Shown here piece after piece: positions 48,869 through 58,282 of a stretch of DNA of 64,000 bases. The notes under the pieces are model-generated. The model was not told the DNA's origin. It did not search any database and was given only the letters and a program-made list of their open reading frames with translations. The position numbers and the translations under genes are program-made. Source of the DNA: Candidatus Poseidoniaceae archaeon (GTDB lineage Archaea > Thermoplasmatota > Poseidoniia > Poseidoniales > Poseidoniaceae); assembly GCA_965662895.1 (NCBI GenBank), contig CBFIJH010000001.1, positions 164,436 through 228,435 on the forward strand. Direction: 5' to 3'. Each line of letters begins with the position of its first letter. Position 1 is the stretch's first letter.

Positions 48869-49857
48869 AATGGATTTTTCCGATACACATCCCAAGGCTT
48901 GCTGCCACGCTTACGAAACATCGAAGTTCGCATGGATTTGAGAATGGTCCAGGCAAATTTGAACGTACGTTTGATCGATTGGATGGGATGAAGCATGTAC
49001 CAAAGAGGATTTTTCCATTCTCGTAGAGGATACCTCAGTTGACGAAGCATACCCGCAGGAATCTCTTCACTGACACCGTATTTCATTGGTCTTCGATTCT
49101 TTGGCATAAAGTACGTTCCAAACAATTGATCCCACACAGGAAGAAAAGTCGAGTAATTTGTCCATATGGCATCTCGCTCGTTTGTATGATGCCAGTGATG
49201 GAATTCAGGAGTAATGATGAGTCGATGCAACCACTTCAAGCGCCATCGAACATTGGCATGGAGGAACAGTCCAAGAATCAGTTGTGCAGCAGCCAGCGCA
49301 CCAGTTAATTCAAAGGAAAATCCTGCTGCTACCAAAAAGACAAATGCTGGTGCAAGAATGGTTCCGTCCAATGGATGGCCACGGAATCCACTGGCCCAGT
49401 CCAAATGCTCAGTTGAGTGGTGAATGGCATGGAACTTCCAAAGGACCGGAATTTCATGATAAAATCGATGCGTCCAGTACACGAGCATATCGAAGAGGAG
49501 AATGCCCAGTAGAGGCATGTACTGTTCAGGAATTTGCGCAACATACGGTCGAAGAAGAAGGCCTGGAATCCATGCCAAGCTGAGAACACCAACCACGATG
49601 GCAACAATTCCAGTAAGCAAACCAAGCAATGGTGAAGCCAAAGCGTAGCCTACATCGGTATCGAGATGAGGTCGTCGAATTTTTTGTCCTTTGTGGCGAG
49701 GGAACATCTTTTCGAACGGTACAACAAGGACAAAAAGCAACAACACAACGAAGATCCCTTCAACGGAGATGTATAATGCAACAGCGATTAAGGCGAGGGT
49801 AAGCAGTCGAAGAATCATCGAGACAAGGCGGGTTTTGAAACCAACTGTCTCTTCCAT
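48865..49857 (-). CDS. sterol desaturase / fatty acid hydroxylase family
   Basis: His boxes HRFYH, HAIHH and HHWHH; WDQLFGT. Confidence 0.9.
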   Translation of the reverse strand: MEETVGFKTRLVSMILRLLTLALIAVALYISVEGIFVVLLLFVLVVPFEKMFPRHKGQKIRRPHLDTDVGYALASPLLGLLTGIVAIVVGVLSLAWIPGLLLRPYVAQIPEQYMPLLGILLFDMLVYWTHRFYHEIPVLWKFHAIHHSTEHLDWASGFRGHPLDGTILAPAFVFLVAAGFSFELTGALAAAQLILGLFLHANVRWRLKWLHRLIITPEFHHWHHTNERDAIWTNYSTFLPVWDQLFGTYFMPKNRRPMKYGVSEEIPAGMLRQLRYPLREWKNPLWYMLHPIQSIKRTFKFAWTILKSMRTSMFRKRGSKPWDVYRKNPF

Positions 49858-49945
49858 GGATGATTCATAGAATGAGCGATTAATAGAGATGTTTGGTTCA
49901 TGAATCATCACGAGAGGTGATATACCTCAATGGGCTAGTGGGAAC

Positions 49946-50128
49946 ATGGCATTCATGGCATGCTCAACCTGTCTCAGCATCCGCATCTACCCGTATATGG
50001 GTTTCATGACCGGACAACAGTATCAATGCCAAGATTGTGAAACCATTTCACCCATCGTGATTGAGTTTGACACAGAAGAGGATTTCAACGCGTTTCTCGA
50101 GGCTCGGCTCTCCGATCAGGAAGAGTGA
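49946..50128 (+). CDS. small Zn-finger protein
   Basis: CSTC..CQDC in a 60-aa ORF. Confidence 0.6.
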   Translation: MAFMACSTCLSIRIYPYMGFMTGQQYQCQDCETISPIVIEFDTEEDFNAFLEARLSDQEE

Positions 50129-50190
50129 AACCGGCCTGTAGAGGGTCATTATTGTCCCAATCTTCATATGTGAAGAGACCGAATTTTACA

Positions 50191-50601
50191 ATGGATGGGA
50201 TGCATATGATTGAGCGTAAGCAGGATGCACTACAAGGAGCAATGCTCCGAGCACTTATGGCCGAACACCTTCGAGAAGAGCGAGAAAAGGTTCAGAATAA
50301 ACCTGTCAAAGACGCGTCTTTTTCAGCGCTCGCAACACGTATTGTTGAAGATGTAAGAAACGCTACAACGCACAAATCTGCAGCTTCAAATGTCCTCTCC
50401 GAAATTGGTCTTGAAGCACCGAAAAAGTCCGTTGAGAATACACCTCTGCGTTATGTTGGACAACGCGCCAAGAAAATACCACTGAAGAAGCGAAGAGTTC
50501 GGAAAGTCAAGCGCACATCGCAAGTTCCTGCTGCGACTCGTTCACGACCTCCGGTCGGTCACGAACGAGCCAAAAGAAACCTTCGAGTCCCCCGCACCTA
50601 A
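50191..50601 (+). CDS. hypothetical protein with K/R-rich C-terminus
   Basis: ORF fills the gap between genes; start uncertain. Confidence 0.55.
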   Translation: MDGMHMIERKQDALQGAMLRALMAEHLREEREKVQNKPVKDASFSALATRIVEDVRNATTHKSAASNVLSEIGLEAPKKSVENTPLRYVGQRAKKIPLKKRRVRKVKRTSQVPAATRSRPPVGHERAKRNLRVPRT

Positions 50602-50648
50602 GACCAACGGTCAAAAAGGGACAACCCTGCGCTCTGCTAGGTGCGACC

Positions 50649-51845
50649 ATGAATGACCTTGCCAATCCGAGCGAAGAGCATCAAATGCTTCGAGAAATGA
50701 TTCGTGACTTTGTACAGGAGTTCGTCGAACCACAAGCCCATGAGTACGATAAGAAAGAACAATTCAACATTGAATTGTTTCGAGAACTCGGAGATCTTGG
50801 ACTGCTTGGAATTACGGTTCCAGAAGAATATGGTGGTGCTGGCCTTGATGCGGTTGCCGCGACCATAGCACACGAGGAACTCTCGTATTCAGACGTTGGG
50901 TTCGCACTTGCTTACTTAGCCCACTCAATGCTCTTTGTCAACAATTTAGCATACAATGGGTCCGAAGAACAAAAGCGTCGTATCCTCCCAAAGGTTTGCT
51001 CGGGTGAGTGGATTGGAGCCATGGCCATGTCGGAACCCGATGCAGGGACGGATGTTCTCGGATTGTCAACAACTGCAGAAAGGAACGGTGATGGTGATTG
51101 GGTTCTCAACGGACGAAAGATGTGGATTACCAACGGATGCATCGATGACCAAGGCACACCTGCAGACATTGTTTGGGTCTATGCTAGAACAGGTCATGAT
51201 GAACATGGGCGCGTCAAACTCTCGACCTTCCTCGTTGAGAAAGGCATGCCTGGATTCAGCGTAGGCCAGAAGATCTTCGATAAGACTGGAATGCGGGCCT
51301 CAAACACGGCCGAACTCGTTTTTGATGACTGCATTGTTCCTGCTGGAAACCTTGTTGGTGAAGAAGGAGGCTCCTTGCTTCACATGATGGGTAACCTCGA
51401 AATTGAGCGTCTTACACTTGCTGGCATGTCGGTTGGCATTGCACGACGTTGTCTCCATGAAATGAACAAATACGCTACGGAAAGAGAAGCATTCGGTGTC
51501 CAAATTCGATCCTTTGGACAGATGCAACGTCACATCGGAGAATCATGGGCAAAGTACCGAGCTATGCGTGCTTATGTCTACGATACAGCCAACAACATTC
51601 AACTCGGAAAATCAGGTCAACGCCTCGATTCCGATGGAGTCAAGTTGTTTGCGACAACGGCTGCAAAGGAAATTGCCGATGCTGCAATCCAGGTCATGGG
51701 CGGCTACGGATATGTTGCAGAATACCACGTTGAGCGACTGTGGCGTGACTCCAAACTCCTCGAAATCGGTGGAGGAACACTCGAATCGCATCAAAAGAAC
51801 ATCACTCGTGATCTTGCAAAAGATTCTGAAGCAATCAATCGATGA
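50649..51845 (+). CDS. acyl-CoA dehydrogenase (isovaleryl-CoA dehydrogenase-like)
   Basis: AMSEPDAGTD, KMWITNG, GMRAS, GGYGY and RDSKLLEIGGGT. Confidence 0.93.
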   Translation: MNDLANPSEEHQMLREMIRDFVQEFVEPQAHEYDKKEQFNIELFRELGDLGLLGITVPEEYGGAGLDAVAATIAHEELSYSDVGFALAYLAHSMLFVNNLAYNGSEEQKRRILPKVCSGEWIGAMAMSEPDAGTDVLGLSTTAERNGDGDWVLNGRKMWITNGCIDDQGTPADIVWVYARTGHDEHGRVKLSTFLVEKGMPGFSVGQKIFDKTGMRASNTAELVFDDCIVPAGNLVGEEGGSLLHMMGNLEIERLTLAGMSVGIARRCLHEMNKYATEREAFGVQIRSFGQMQRHIGESWAKYRAMRAYVYDTANNIQLGKSGQRLDSDGVKLFATTAAKEIADAAIQVMGGYGYVAEYHVERLWRDSKLLEIGGGTLESHQKNITRDLAKDSEAINR

Positions 51846-52731
51846 CTTCGTTGGTCTCTTTGATACCAACCATTTGCTTCGTCATACGCCATGCGGATGT
51901 TATCATACTCACACCAATGATGGCCGCTGAGGCGAGAACTGTTGTCCAGACCCAAGCGCTTGAGATGGTTGACAGAGATTCTTCAGAAAGAAGCATTCCC
52001 ATCATTGCTGCCATAGCAATCGCCAATGCGATTTGAATTCTGTAAAGAATTGGTACAGTTAGTACCGTCCCCACACGAGCCATTCTAAAGAAGAGAAACA
52101 TCGACCACGAAAATACACCGACTGTCCACAACAATATGCTCGGATCATATTTGTTCAACAAAAGAATATCATTGTCTCGTAGATAACCATCTGCAGAAAA
52201 CAATGAGACCAGCAAGAGAAGCGATGCTCCCATTATGTTGAGAACCTCAATCAGTACATTCCCACTTCTGACCTCTCTTCGTTCCGGTTTTTCAATTGGT
52301 TCTAAATTTTCAATCGTTGTTATTGGAGCGTCTTTGGTCACTGCAGTTCCCAACTTGGTTAGGCGCCTCTCAAGCATATCAAGTCGTTCACTTAGACGGA
52401 CCATCTCCTCAACAATCTGGATTTGTGCTTCATTTTGGGAATTTAATAATTCAAATTGTTGTGCATCGACTTCAGGTAAAATCATCATAGGAGGGGTCGA
52501 ATCAATGTAACCATCATCTTTAATTTCCGATTTAATTGATTCAAGTTTGGCTTCCTTTTTGTTTTTTGATCGTTCTTTGGACTCAATGACTTTGCTCTGA
52601 ATCGCACTGGTCGTGTTCTCAATTCCTGATTTCGTTGCACTCGCAGCCCGTTTTGAGAGGTCTGCGATTTGGACTTTGGTCTTCTGAAGGAAATCCATGA
52701 TTGAACTCTGTTTCTGAGCGTCTTCCTCCAT
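51835..52731 (-). CDS. hypothetical protein: coiled-coil N-terminus plus 4 TM
   Basis: ORF composition. Confidence 0.7.
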   Translation of the reverse strand: MEEDAQKQSSIMDFLQKTKVQIADLSKRAASATKSGIENTTSAIQSKVIESKERSKNKKEAKLESIKSEIKDDGYIDSTPPMMILPEVDAQQFELLNSQNEAQIQIVEEMVRLSERLDMLERRLTKLGTAVTKDAPITTIENLEPIEKPERREVRSGNVLIEVLNIMGASLLLLVSLFSADGYLRDNDILLLNKYDPSILLWTVGVFSWSMFLFFRMARVGTVLTVPILYRIQIALAIAMAAMMGMLLSEESLSTISSAWVWTTVLASAAIIGVSMITSAWRMTKQMVGIKETNEVID

Positions 52732-52769
52732 GTTTAGGGCAGGTTGCTGCATCTATTAGGAGATTCTGA

Positions 52770-53381
52770 TTAATACTCAACAGGAATCGGGTCAAGCGTT
52801 CTCCAGAGATACCACGATGCCATGGTTCGATAGGGCGCCCAGCGTTTTGCAACTTCTTCTGCTTCATCCATGGTTTCAACCTCAGGAAACAATCGCTTGA
52901 TTCCATTCACCAAACCGATGTCTTTTGGACTGTAAATGTCGGGAAGAAGCAATGCGAAAATCATCACCATTTCCGCTGTCCATGGTCCCACCCCCTTGAA
53001 TTGGATGAGATGTTTCCGTATCTCTTGTTCCGTCGATTCTGAAAACGGAAATTGAAGAAGTTCTTCAGAATCATTGGCCAAACCAAGAATGTAACCGCTC
53101 TTTGGACGAGTTATGCCGCATGATGCAATCTCTTCTTTGGTGAATTGACGGACGTTTTCTGGAGTGACCTTTTCGACCATCACCTCAAATCGATTCCAAA
53201 TGCTTTCAGCTGCAACGACGCTGATTTGTTGGCCGATGATGGAGCGTACAATCGTGTAGAACAAATCGCCACGCCCCTCCAGACCTTTTTTCCCGTATGT
53301 TGCAATACAATCGCCCATAATTGGATCATCGGAAAAATGTTCGAGAGCATCGTTCCACCAATCCGGTTCTCCCTTCAGCAT
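52770..53381 (-). CDS. DNA-3-methyladenine glycosylase (AlkA/HhH-GPD)
   Basis: IIGQQIS, KGVGPWTAEM and WAPYRT. Confidence 0.92.
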   Translation of the reverse strand: MLKGEPDWWNDALEHFSDDPIMGDCIATYGKKGLEGRGDLFYTIVRSIIGQQISVVAAESIWNRFEVMVEKVTPENVRQFTKEEIASCGITRPKSGYILGLANDSEELLQFPFSESTEQEIRKHLIQFKGVGPWTAEMVMIFALLLPDIYSPKDIGLVNGIKRLFPEVETMDEAEEVAKRWAPYRTMASWYLWRTLDPIPVEY

Positions 53382-53431
53382 GAATCAACCAAAGACAGAG
53401 AGGTTTTGAGTTCTCGTCAACTGCCACAACC

Positions 53432-53908
53432 ATGCGAGAAGAACTTCTTACGCTTCTACAACTGAAAGATCTTCCACGAACAGGTTGGGTTCGTGCAGGT
53501 GTTGGCAATCCAGAATCCGTTGCTGCACATTCATGGGGAATGGCTGTCCTCGCTCTGCGTTTATGCCCCGAGCATCTCGATCTTTCGAAGGTTCTCTCGA
53601 TGTGTCTTGTTCATGATGTAGCCGAGGTTGTTGTTGGCGACCTTACGCCACACGATGCCATCAAAGGGCAAGAGAAGCATGAACTTGAACGAGCAGCAAT
53701 GCTCAAAATCGCGCCTCAATGGATTGACCTATTCGATGAATACGAACAAGGGGTGAGTCAAGAGGCGCAATTTGTCAAAACCATGGACAAACTCGACATG
53801 GGCTTGCAAGCCGTAAACTACCAACAACAAGGCCTTGATTTGAGCGAATTCATCGCCAGTGCACGCTCAAGAACAGACGAAACGGAATTCGCATCTCTGC
53901 TTGATTGA
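53432..53908 (+). CDS. HD-domain 5'-deoxynucleotidase (YfbR/HDDC2-like)
   Basis: RTGW, ESVAAHSW, VHDVAE and DKLD. Confidence 0.9.
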   Translation: MREELLTLLQLKDLPRTGWVRAGVGNPESVAAHSWGMAVLALRLCPEHLDLSKVLSMCLVHDVAEVVVGDLTPHDAIKGQEKHELERAAMLKIAPQWIDLFDEYEQGVSQEAQFVKTMDKLDMGLQAVNYQQQGLDLSEFIASARSRTDETEFASLLD

Positions 53909-53958
53909 GGCCTACAAGCCGACAAGGACAAAAACAAGAACATCCGCCCACGGACTAC

Positions 53959-54031
53959 AGCCCGATGGTGTAGTGGTCCATCATGGTGGGTTTTGGTCCC
54001 GCCGACCTCGGTTCGAATCCGAGTCGGGCTA
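53959..54031 (+). tRNA. tRNA-Gln(UUG)
   Basis: Acceptor stem AGCCCGA/TCGGGCT with the A1-U72 pair typical of archaeal tRNA-Gln; anticodon arm GTGGG-TTTTGGT-CCCGC; T-loop GGTTCGAATCC; CCA not encoded. Confidence 0.95.
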
Positions 54032-54079
54032 CTTTCCCACATACGCAACTTCATCAATCGCTTGCGTTTCGACCTTTAC

Positions 54080-54928
54080 ATGGCAATTCAGAACATCGCC
54101 GTTCTTGGCGCAGGACAAATGGGGAATGGAATCACACAAGTTGCAGCAGCAGCTGGTTACAACGTGACCATGATCGATATTGAACAAGAATACGTTGACA
54201 AGGGTCTTGCAACCATCGAACGATCACTCAGCAAGCTTGTCGCGAAAGAACGCATGTCCCAAGAGGATGCGGATGCAACACTCGCTCGAATCTCACTCTC
54301 AACCGACCGTGCGGATTGCGCTGACTGTGACCTTGTGGTCGAAGCAGTTCCAGAGATTGTAGACTTGAAGACATCCATCTTTGCGGAACTCGATTCGATT
54401 TGCAAACCTGAAACCATTCTTGCTTCGAATACCTCATCGATTTCCATCAGCACCATTGCAGAGGCAACCAATCGTCCCGACAAGGTCATCGGTATGCACT
54501 TCATGAATCCCGTTCCAATCATGAAGTTGGTTGAAGTCATCAATGGCAACAAGACCAGTACAGAAACCAACGCTGCTGTCATCGAAGCATCCGAAAAGAT
54601 GGGCAAGATTGCTCTTTCTTGCAACGACTCACCAGGATTTGTATCGAACAGAATCCTTTGCCCAATGCTTAACGAAGCCATTCTCACCTTGCAAGAAGGC
54701 GTTGCAGAACCTGAAGCCATTGATGGTATCATGAAGTTGGGAATGAACCATCCTATCGGTCCACTCGCTCTCTCAGATTTGATCGGGCTCGATACCGTCC
54801 TTCACATCATGAACGTTCTTTATGAAGGACTCAAGCAAGAGAAGTACGCACCTGCACCTCTTCTCATCCAAATGGTTGAGGAAGGCAAACTCGGTCGCAA
54901 GACCGGTGAAGGCTTCTACACGTACTGA
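54080..54928 (+). CDS. 3-hydroxyacyl(butyryl)-CoA dehydrogenase
   Basis: [25 protein letters not shown] and GFVSNR. Confidence 0.95.
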   Translation: MAIQNIAVLGAGQMGNGITQVAAAAGYNVTMIDIEQEYVDKGLATIERSLSKLVAKERMSQEDADATLARISLSTDRADCADCDLVVEAVPEIVDLKTSIFAELDSICKPETILASNTSSISISTIAEATNRPDKVIGMHFMNPVPIMKLVEVINGNKTSTETNAAVIEASEKMGKIALSCNDSPGFVSNRILCPMLNEAILTLQEGVAEPEAIDGIMKLGMNHPIGPLALSDLIGLDTVLHIMNVLYEGLKQEKYAPAPLLIQMVEEGKLGRKTGEGFYTY

Positions 54929-54930
54929 AC

Positions 54931-55278
54931 TCAATCTTGTCCAACAAGCTTGTAGTCATCAGACAGAGGTGTTGCACCTGTTTCCATCGAAATGATTTTT
55001 CCGTCCTTGAAACGAATGAAGGAAAGAACAGCTTCTGAATCTGAATCGTTGGCAAAGTGAACAATGGAATGCGCAACAGCGACTTCTTCATTTTCAAACA
55101 AAACTCGGTCGTTCTCAGAGGAGGTGTGTCCAGATCCTGCAAATTGCATCATATCGGACTTCCCCATGGTCACGCCACCGACGTGCGGGTTGAACACGAA
55201 ATCTTCGTGAACAAGTGCATCCAGTGCTTCTTTGTCTCCAGTTTTCCAGGCTTCGTTGTATGCAGCAATAATCGACAT
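54931..55278 (-). CDS. NTF2/SnoaL-like protein
   Basis: AYNEAWKTGDKEAL..LVHEDF and RFKDGKI. Confidence 0.75.
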   Translation of the reverse strand: MSIIAAYNEAWKTGDKEALDALVHEDFVFNPHVGGVTMGKSDMMQFAGSGHTSSENDRVLFENEEVAVAHSIVHFANDSDSEAVLSFIRFKDGKIISMETGATPLSDDYKLVGQD

Positions 55279-55407
55279 GAATCTCACTCACGCTCCTAGT
55301 GTATAAGCAGAACGCTATAATTTGATTAGAATATATTCCAAACGACATGGTTTAGACTCACAAGGAAATGTGTTCGAAATTACCTAATGAAGCGAATTTG
55401 ATTAAAT

Positions 55408-55447
55408 AAAAAAAGGCCCCTGCACACATCGGAATGTGTGCAGGGGC
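55408..55447 (-). terminator. intrinsic-terminator-like hairpin followed by a U-tract, downstream of the pilin gene
   Basis: Perfect 14-bp stem GCCCCTGCACACAT-(4 nt)-ATGTGTGCAGGGGC followed on the minus strand by CTTTTTTTATTT. Confidence 0.75.
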
Positions 55448-55518
55448 GGCTTTGCGCATGTGTACATGCACAATTTTCCTTGCAGGCAAGGAATCAACGT
55501 TTCTTAGCAACACTTGGT

Positions 55519-56958
55519 TCAGTTTTCTGCACCAGGAGTTGGGCCAGTTGTGTATCCCCAAACTCCTGTGTTGTCCATGACGTAGACATCATCGGAAGTA
55601 TCTGGAAGTGCACCTGATCCATGGATAAGGTCACCCGATGAGGTGTACAAAGAAGCAGAATCATCGCCTCCAATGCCGAAGGCAAATTGCGCATCTCCAC
55701 TTGTCGAATCATCATTGCACAGGAGCATGTATTCTCCCGCAGCAAGTGAGGTGCCAGATGCAAACGTGTACTGGTCTTCATCTCCGAATCCTTTGGAGTC
55801 AACAACGACCATGCCAGACAAATCCATAGAGGATGCTCCGTAGTTCCAGATTTCGATCCAGTCTTCGGTGTCTCCACTGCCATCAGAGTTCAAGCAAGTT
55901 CCAGCACTTCCCTTGTTTGCAACTTCGTTGATTACGAGGGTGGTTGCATAACAGTTGTTTGCAGCACCTGGTGTTGAACCGTGTGGTCCCGAAGTTTGGA
56001 CGCCGTTTGAACAATCAAATTCAGTTGAACCTGCTTCGTCTCCAAGTGTGTCGTAGTCCGTTTCAGTGCCATCAGGAGCCCTTAGGTGAACAGTGTCGCC
56101 ACTGCCCTTGATACCAAATCCAAAGACTTGGGAATCAGCACCACTGCATACGCCTTCACAGAACCACATGTAACCGTTCGCGGAAATTGTATCTCCACTC
56201 ACGAAAACGATGCGCTCATCGCACTTGGATGTCCCTACTCCGCCAATGGCGTCACAGTCTTCCTTGACGCCCTTGTCGTAAATTTGGAAACCGTCAAGAT
56301 CGCACTCAGCACCTGAGTTGTGGATTTCAATCCAGTCCTCTGGAGCACCGCCACCATGCATCTCTGAGATGGTGATTGCAGATGCAGTACATGCTGGCGT
56401 GCCTGATGTTGAGCCTCCAGTTGTTCCGCCAGTGTTGCCACCTGTGTTTCCTCCAAGTCCAGCAAGGGTTATTTCTGTGCTTTCATAGATGAGTTTGTTT
56501 GATGCTCGGTCGAGGACCTTCACTTGAATTAAACAGACTCCTCCACCATCGCAAAGGTTGTCTGTTCCTTCGCTAATGGTTACTTCTTCGCCAAAAGTCC
56601 ACTTGCCATCGTTGTTGTCCGTTACTGCACAAACTGTTTCAACAGATTTGCCTGGGTTTGTACACTCCGTGTAGGAACTATCTTCAGCAGAGAGTTGGAC
56701 GACGACAGTCGACCATGAGAGATCTTCACCTGCCTCCATCGATACGTAGGCAAGTGCTTCGCCTGAATCGCTTGACAACGACGTTCCAGAATCCCTGACT
56801 TCGAAGTCATACATCGAGAAGTCACCGTCTGTGTTTCCTTCTGCTAGCTGCGATGCCCAGACGTAGAGTACGCCAGACAACACAACAGTGATTGCAACCA
56901 TCAAAATCGTTGCAATAACTGGGCTAACCGCTTTTTCATTCATTTTCATTTCTTTCAT
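55519..56958 (-). CDS. archaeal type IV pilin (DUF1628-type N-terminus) with two lamin-tail domains
   Basis: Class III signal NEKA|VSPVIATILMVAITVVLSGVLYVW; two LTD repeats (ISEM..EDWIEIHN and INEV..EDWIEIWN..DLSG, each ending TPGA.N). Confidence 0.88.
   Translation of the reverse strand: MKEMKMNEKAVSPVIATILMVAITVVLSGVLYVWASQLAEGNTDGDFSMYDFEVRDSGTSLSSDSGEALAYVSMEAGEDLSWSTVVVQLSAEDSSYTECTNPGKSVETVCAVTDNNDGKWTFGEEVTISEGTDNLCDGGGVCLIQVKVLDRASNKLIYESTEITLAGLGGNTGGNTGGTTGGSTSGTPACTASAITISEMHGGGAPEDWIEIHNSGAECDLDGFQIYDKGVKEDCDAIGGVGTSKCDERIVFVSGDTISANGYMWFCEGVCSGADSQVFGFGIKGSGDTVHLRAPDGTETDYDTLGDEAGSTEFDCSNGVQTSGPHGSTPGAANNCYATTLVINEVANKGSAGTCLNSDGSGDTEDWIEIWNYGASSMDLSGMVVVDSKGFGDEDQYTFASGTSLAAGEYMLLCNDDSTSGDAQFAFGIGGDDSASLYTSSGDLIHGSGALPDTSDDVYVMDNTGVWGYTTGPTPGAEN
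56401..56454 (-). repeat. degenerate 12-bp repeat encoding a GGNTGGNTGGTTGGST linker
   Basis: Low-complexity Gly/Thr linker between the pilin domain and the LTDs. Confidence 0.6.
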
Positions 56959-57103
56959 TTTTGTTCACCTGAGAACTATTTCTCCAAGTCGTCTAAAGAT
57001 TCCTCACATGTTTGGTCTAGAACCATTTATTTTACATATACATATATTGTAGTAATGAGAATAAATAGAATACCATGGCCTAGTAGTAGATTATAGAGAC
57101 AAC
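56959..57103. promoter_or_regulatory. AT-rich divergent promoter region (pilin / pstS operon)
   Basis: TTTATTTTACATATACATATATT TATA-like tract between divergent genes; AGGTGA SD for the pilin. Confidence 0.55.
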
Positions 57104-58282
57104 ATGCCGCAAAATTTGGCCATCACCTCGTGTATGTGCATGATGTTTCTTCTTGCTCCACTTGCAGGTTGCGTCAGTGAAAGCGAAGATAGCGATGCAG
57201 GTGCACGAACCCTTATTGGAGGACAAAATACAGACAGTGCATCCATCAAAATCGCCGGCTCATCCACGGTCTATCCACTCGCCACAGGTTGGATTGAGGA
57301 TTTTACAGAACGAAACCCTGACGTATCAGCGAGTGTTGCACTTGGAGGGTCAGGTGCGGGCGCAGCTGCCGTTTGCAGTACAGGAAACGATCATGTTGAG
57401 ATTGGCTCAATGTCACGCACCTTCAAACCAATCGAGGCAACTCTTGTTGATGGTGAGCGTTTCTTCAATTGCAAATCCTCCGATATCGAGTTAACTCAGG
57501 TTCCCATTGCAATGGATGGAATCACCATTGTCCTCAAACGTGGCGGTGGTGCACAGCAATGCGTCGAATCCATAGGTGGTCTGAGCGTAGCCCAACTGCG
57601 TTGGATTTTTTCTGATTGGACCGAAGACGACCTTGTTTACTCCCAAGAAGGTGGTCTCGAACTATCCAGTATTACTCCAAACAACGATGGGGATGGTGTA
57701 CGAGAATGGTCCGACTTTTCCGAAAATCCGTCCTGTGAAGAATTGAACATTAACCTCTGGGGTCCTGACTCGCAATCTGGAACCTACGAATATTTTGGAG
57801 AAATGATCTTTTGCAAAAAATGCTTCCTTGGAAACTATGGTTATCCTGAAGAATCCTTTGACTCGCAACGGGTAGGTGGCTACCAAAACAGCGCCAATGA
57901 CAACGTCATCATCAACGGTGTGAGTGAAGATGGCGCTGCTATTGGATTCCTAGGCTATTCGTATTATGATGAACACAAATCCGAATTGACTGCAGTGGGT
58001 TTATCGAAAAACATCACACACTCTGCTTTGGATGGAATCGAACCAATAATTCAACCAACCAGTGATTCAATTCGAAGTGAGACGTATCTTCCTCTGTCGC
58101 GTGAAATCTACATGAATGTTGATAATGCATCTTGGAGTACGGTTCTACCGTTTTTTGAGTACGCATTTTCAGACGACGGACAATCAACCATTCTCGAAGT
58201 TGGGTTCGTTCCACTCCCAGAATCGACATTCAATGAAACCATGGCCATACTCAATCTCCACAATTCCGAGGTGGTAGAATGA
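57104..58282 (+). CDS. pstS: phosphate-binding lipoprotein PstS
   Basis: LAGC lipobox, AGSSTVYP, GGSGAG, SMSR, SGTYEYF and YLPLSRE. Confidence 0.9.
   Translation: MPQNLAITSCMCMMFLLAPLAGCVSESEDSDAGARTLIGGQNTDSASIKIAGSSTVYPLATGWIEDFTERNPDVSASVALGGSGAGAAAVCSTGNDHVEIGSMSRTFKPIEATLVDGERFFNCKSSDIELTQVPIAMDGITIVLKRGGGAQQCVESIGGLSVAQLRWIFSDWTEDDLVYSQEGGLELSSITPNNDGDGVREWSDFSENPSCEELNINLWGPDSQSGTYEYFGEMIFCKKCFLGNYGYPEESFDSQRVGGYQNSANDNVIINGVSEDGAAIGFLGYSYYDEHKSELTAVGLSKNITHSALDGIEPIIQPTSDSIRSETYLPLSREIYMNVDNASWSTVLPFFEYAFSDDGQSTILEVGFVPLPESTFNETMAILNLHNSEVVE

Noticed and set aside
53959-54031. tRNA-Gln as integration site for the downstream phosphate locus
   Set aside because: No integrase, no duplicated tRNA 3' end seen, and a housekeeping dehydrogenase follows directly.
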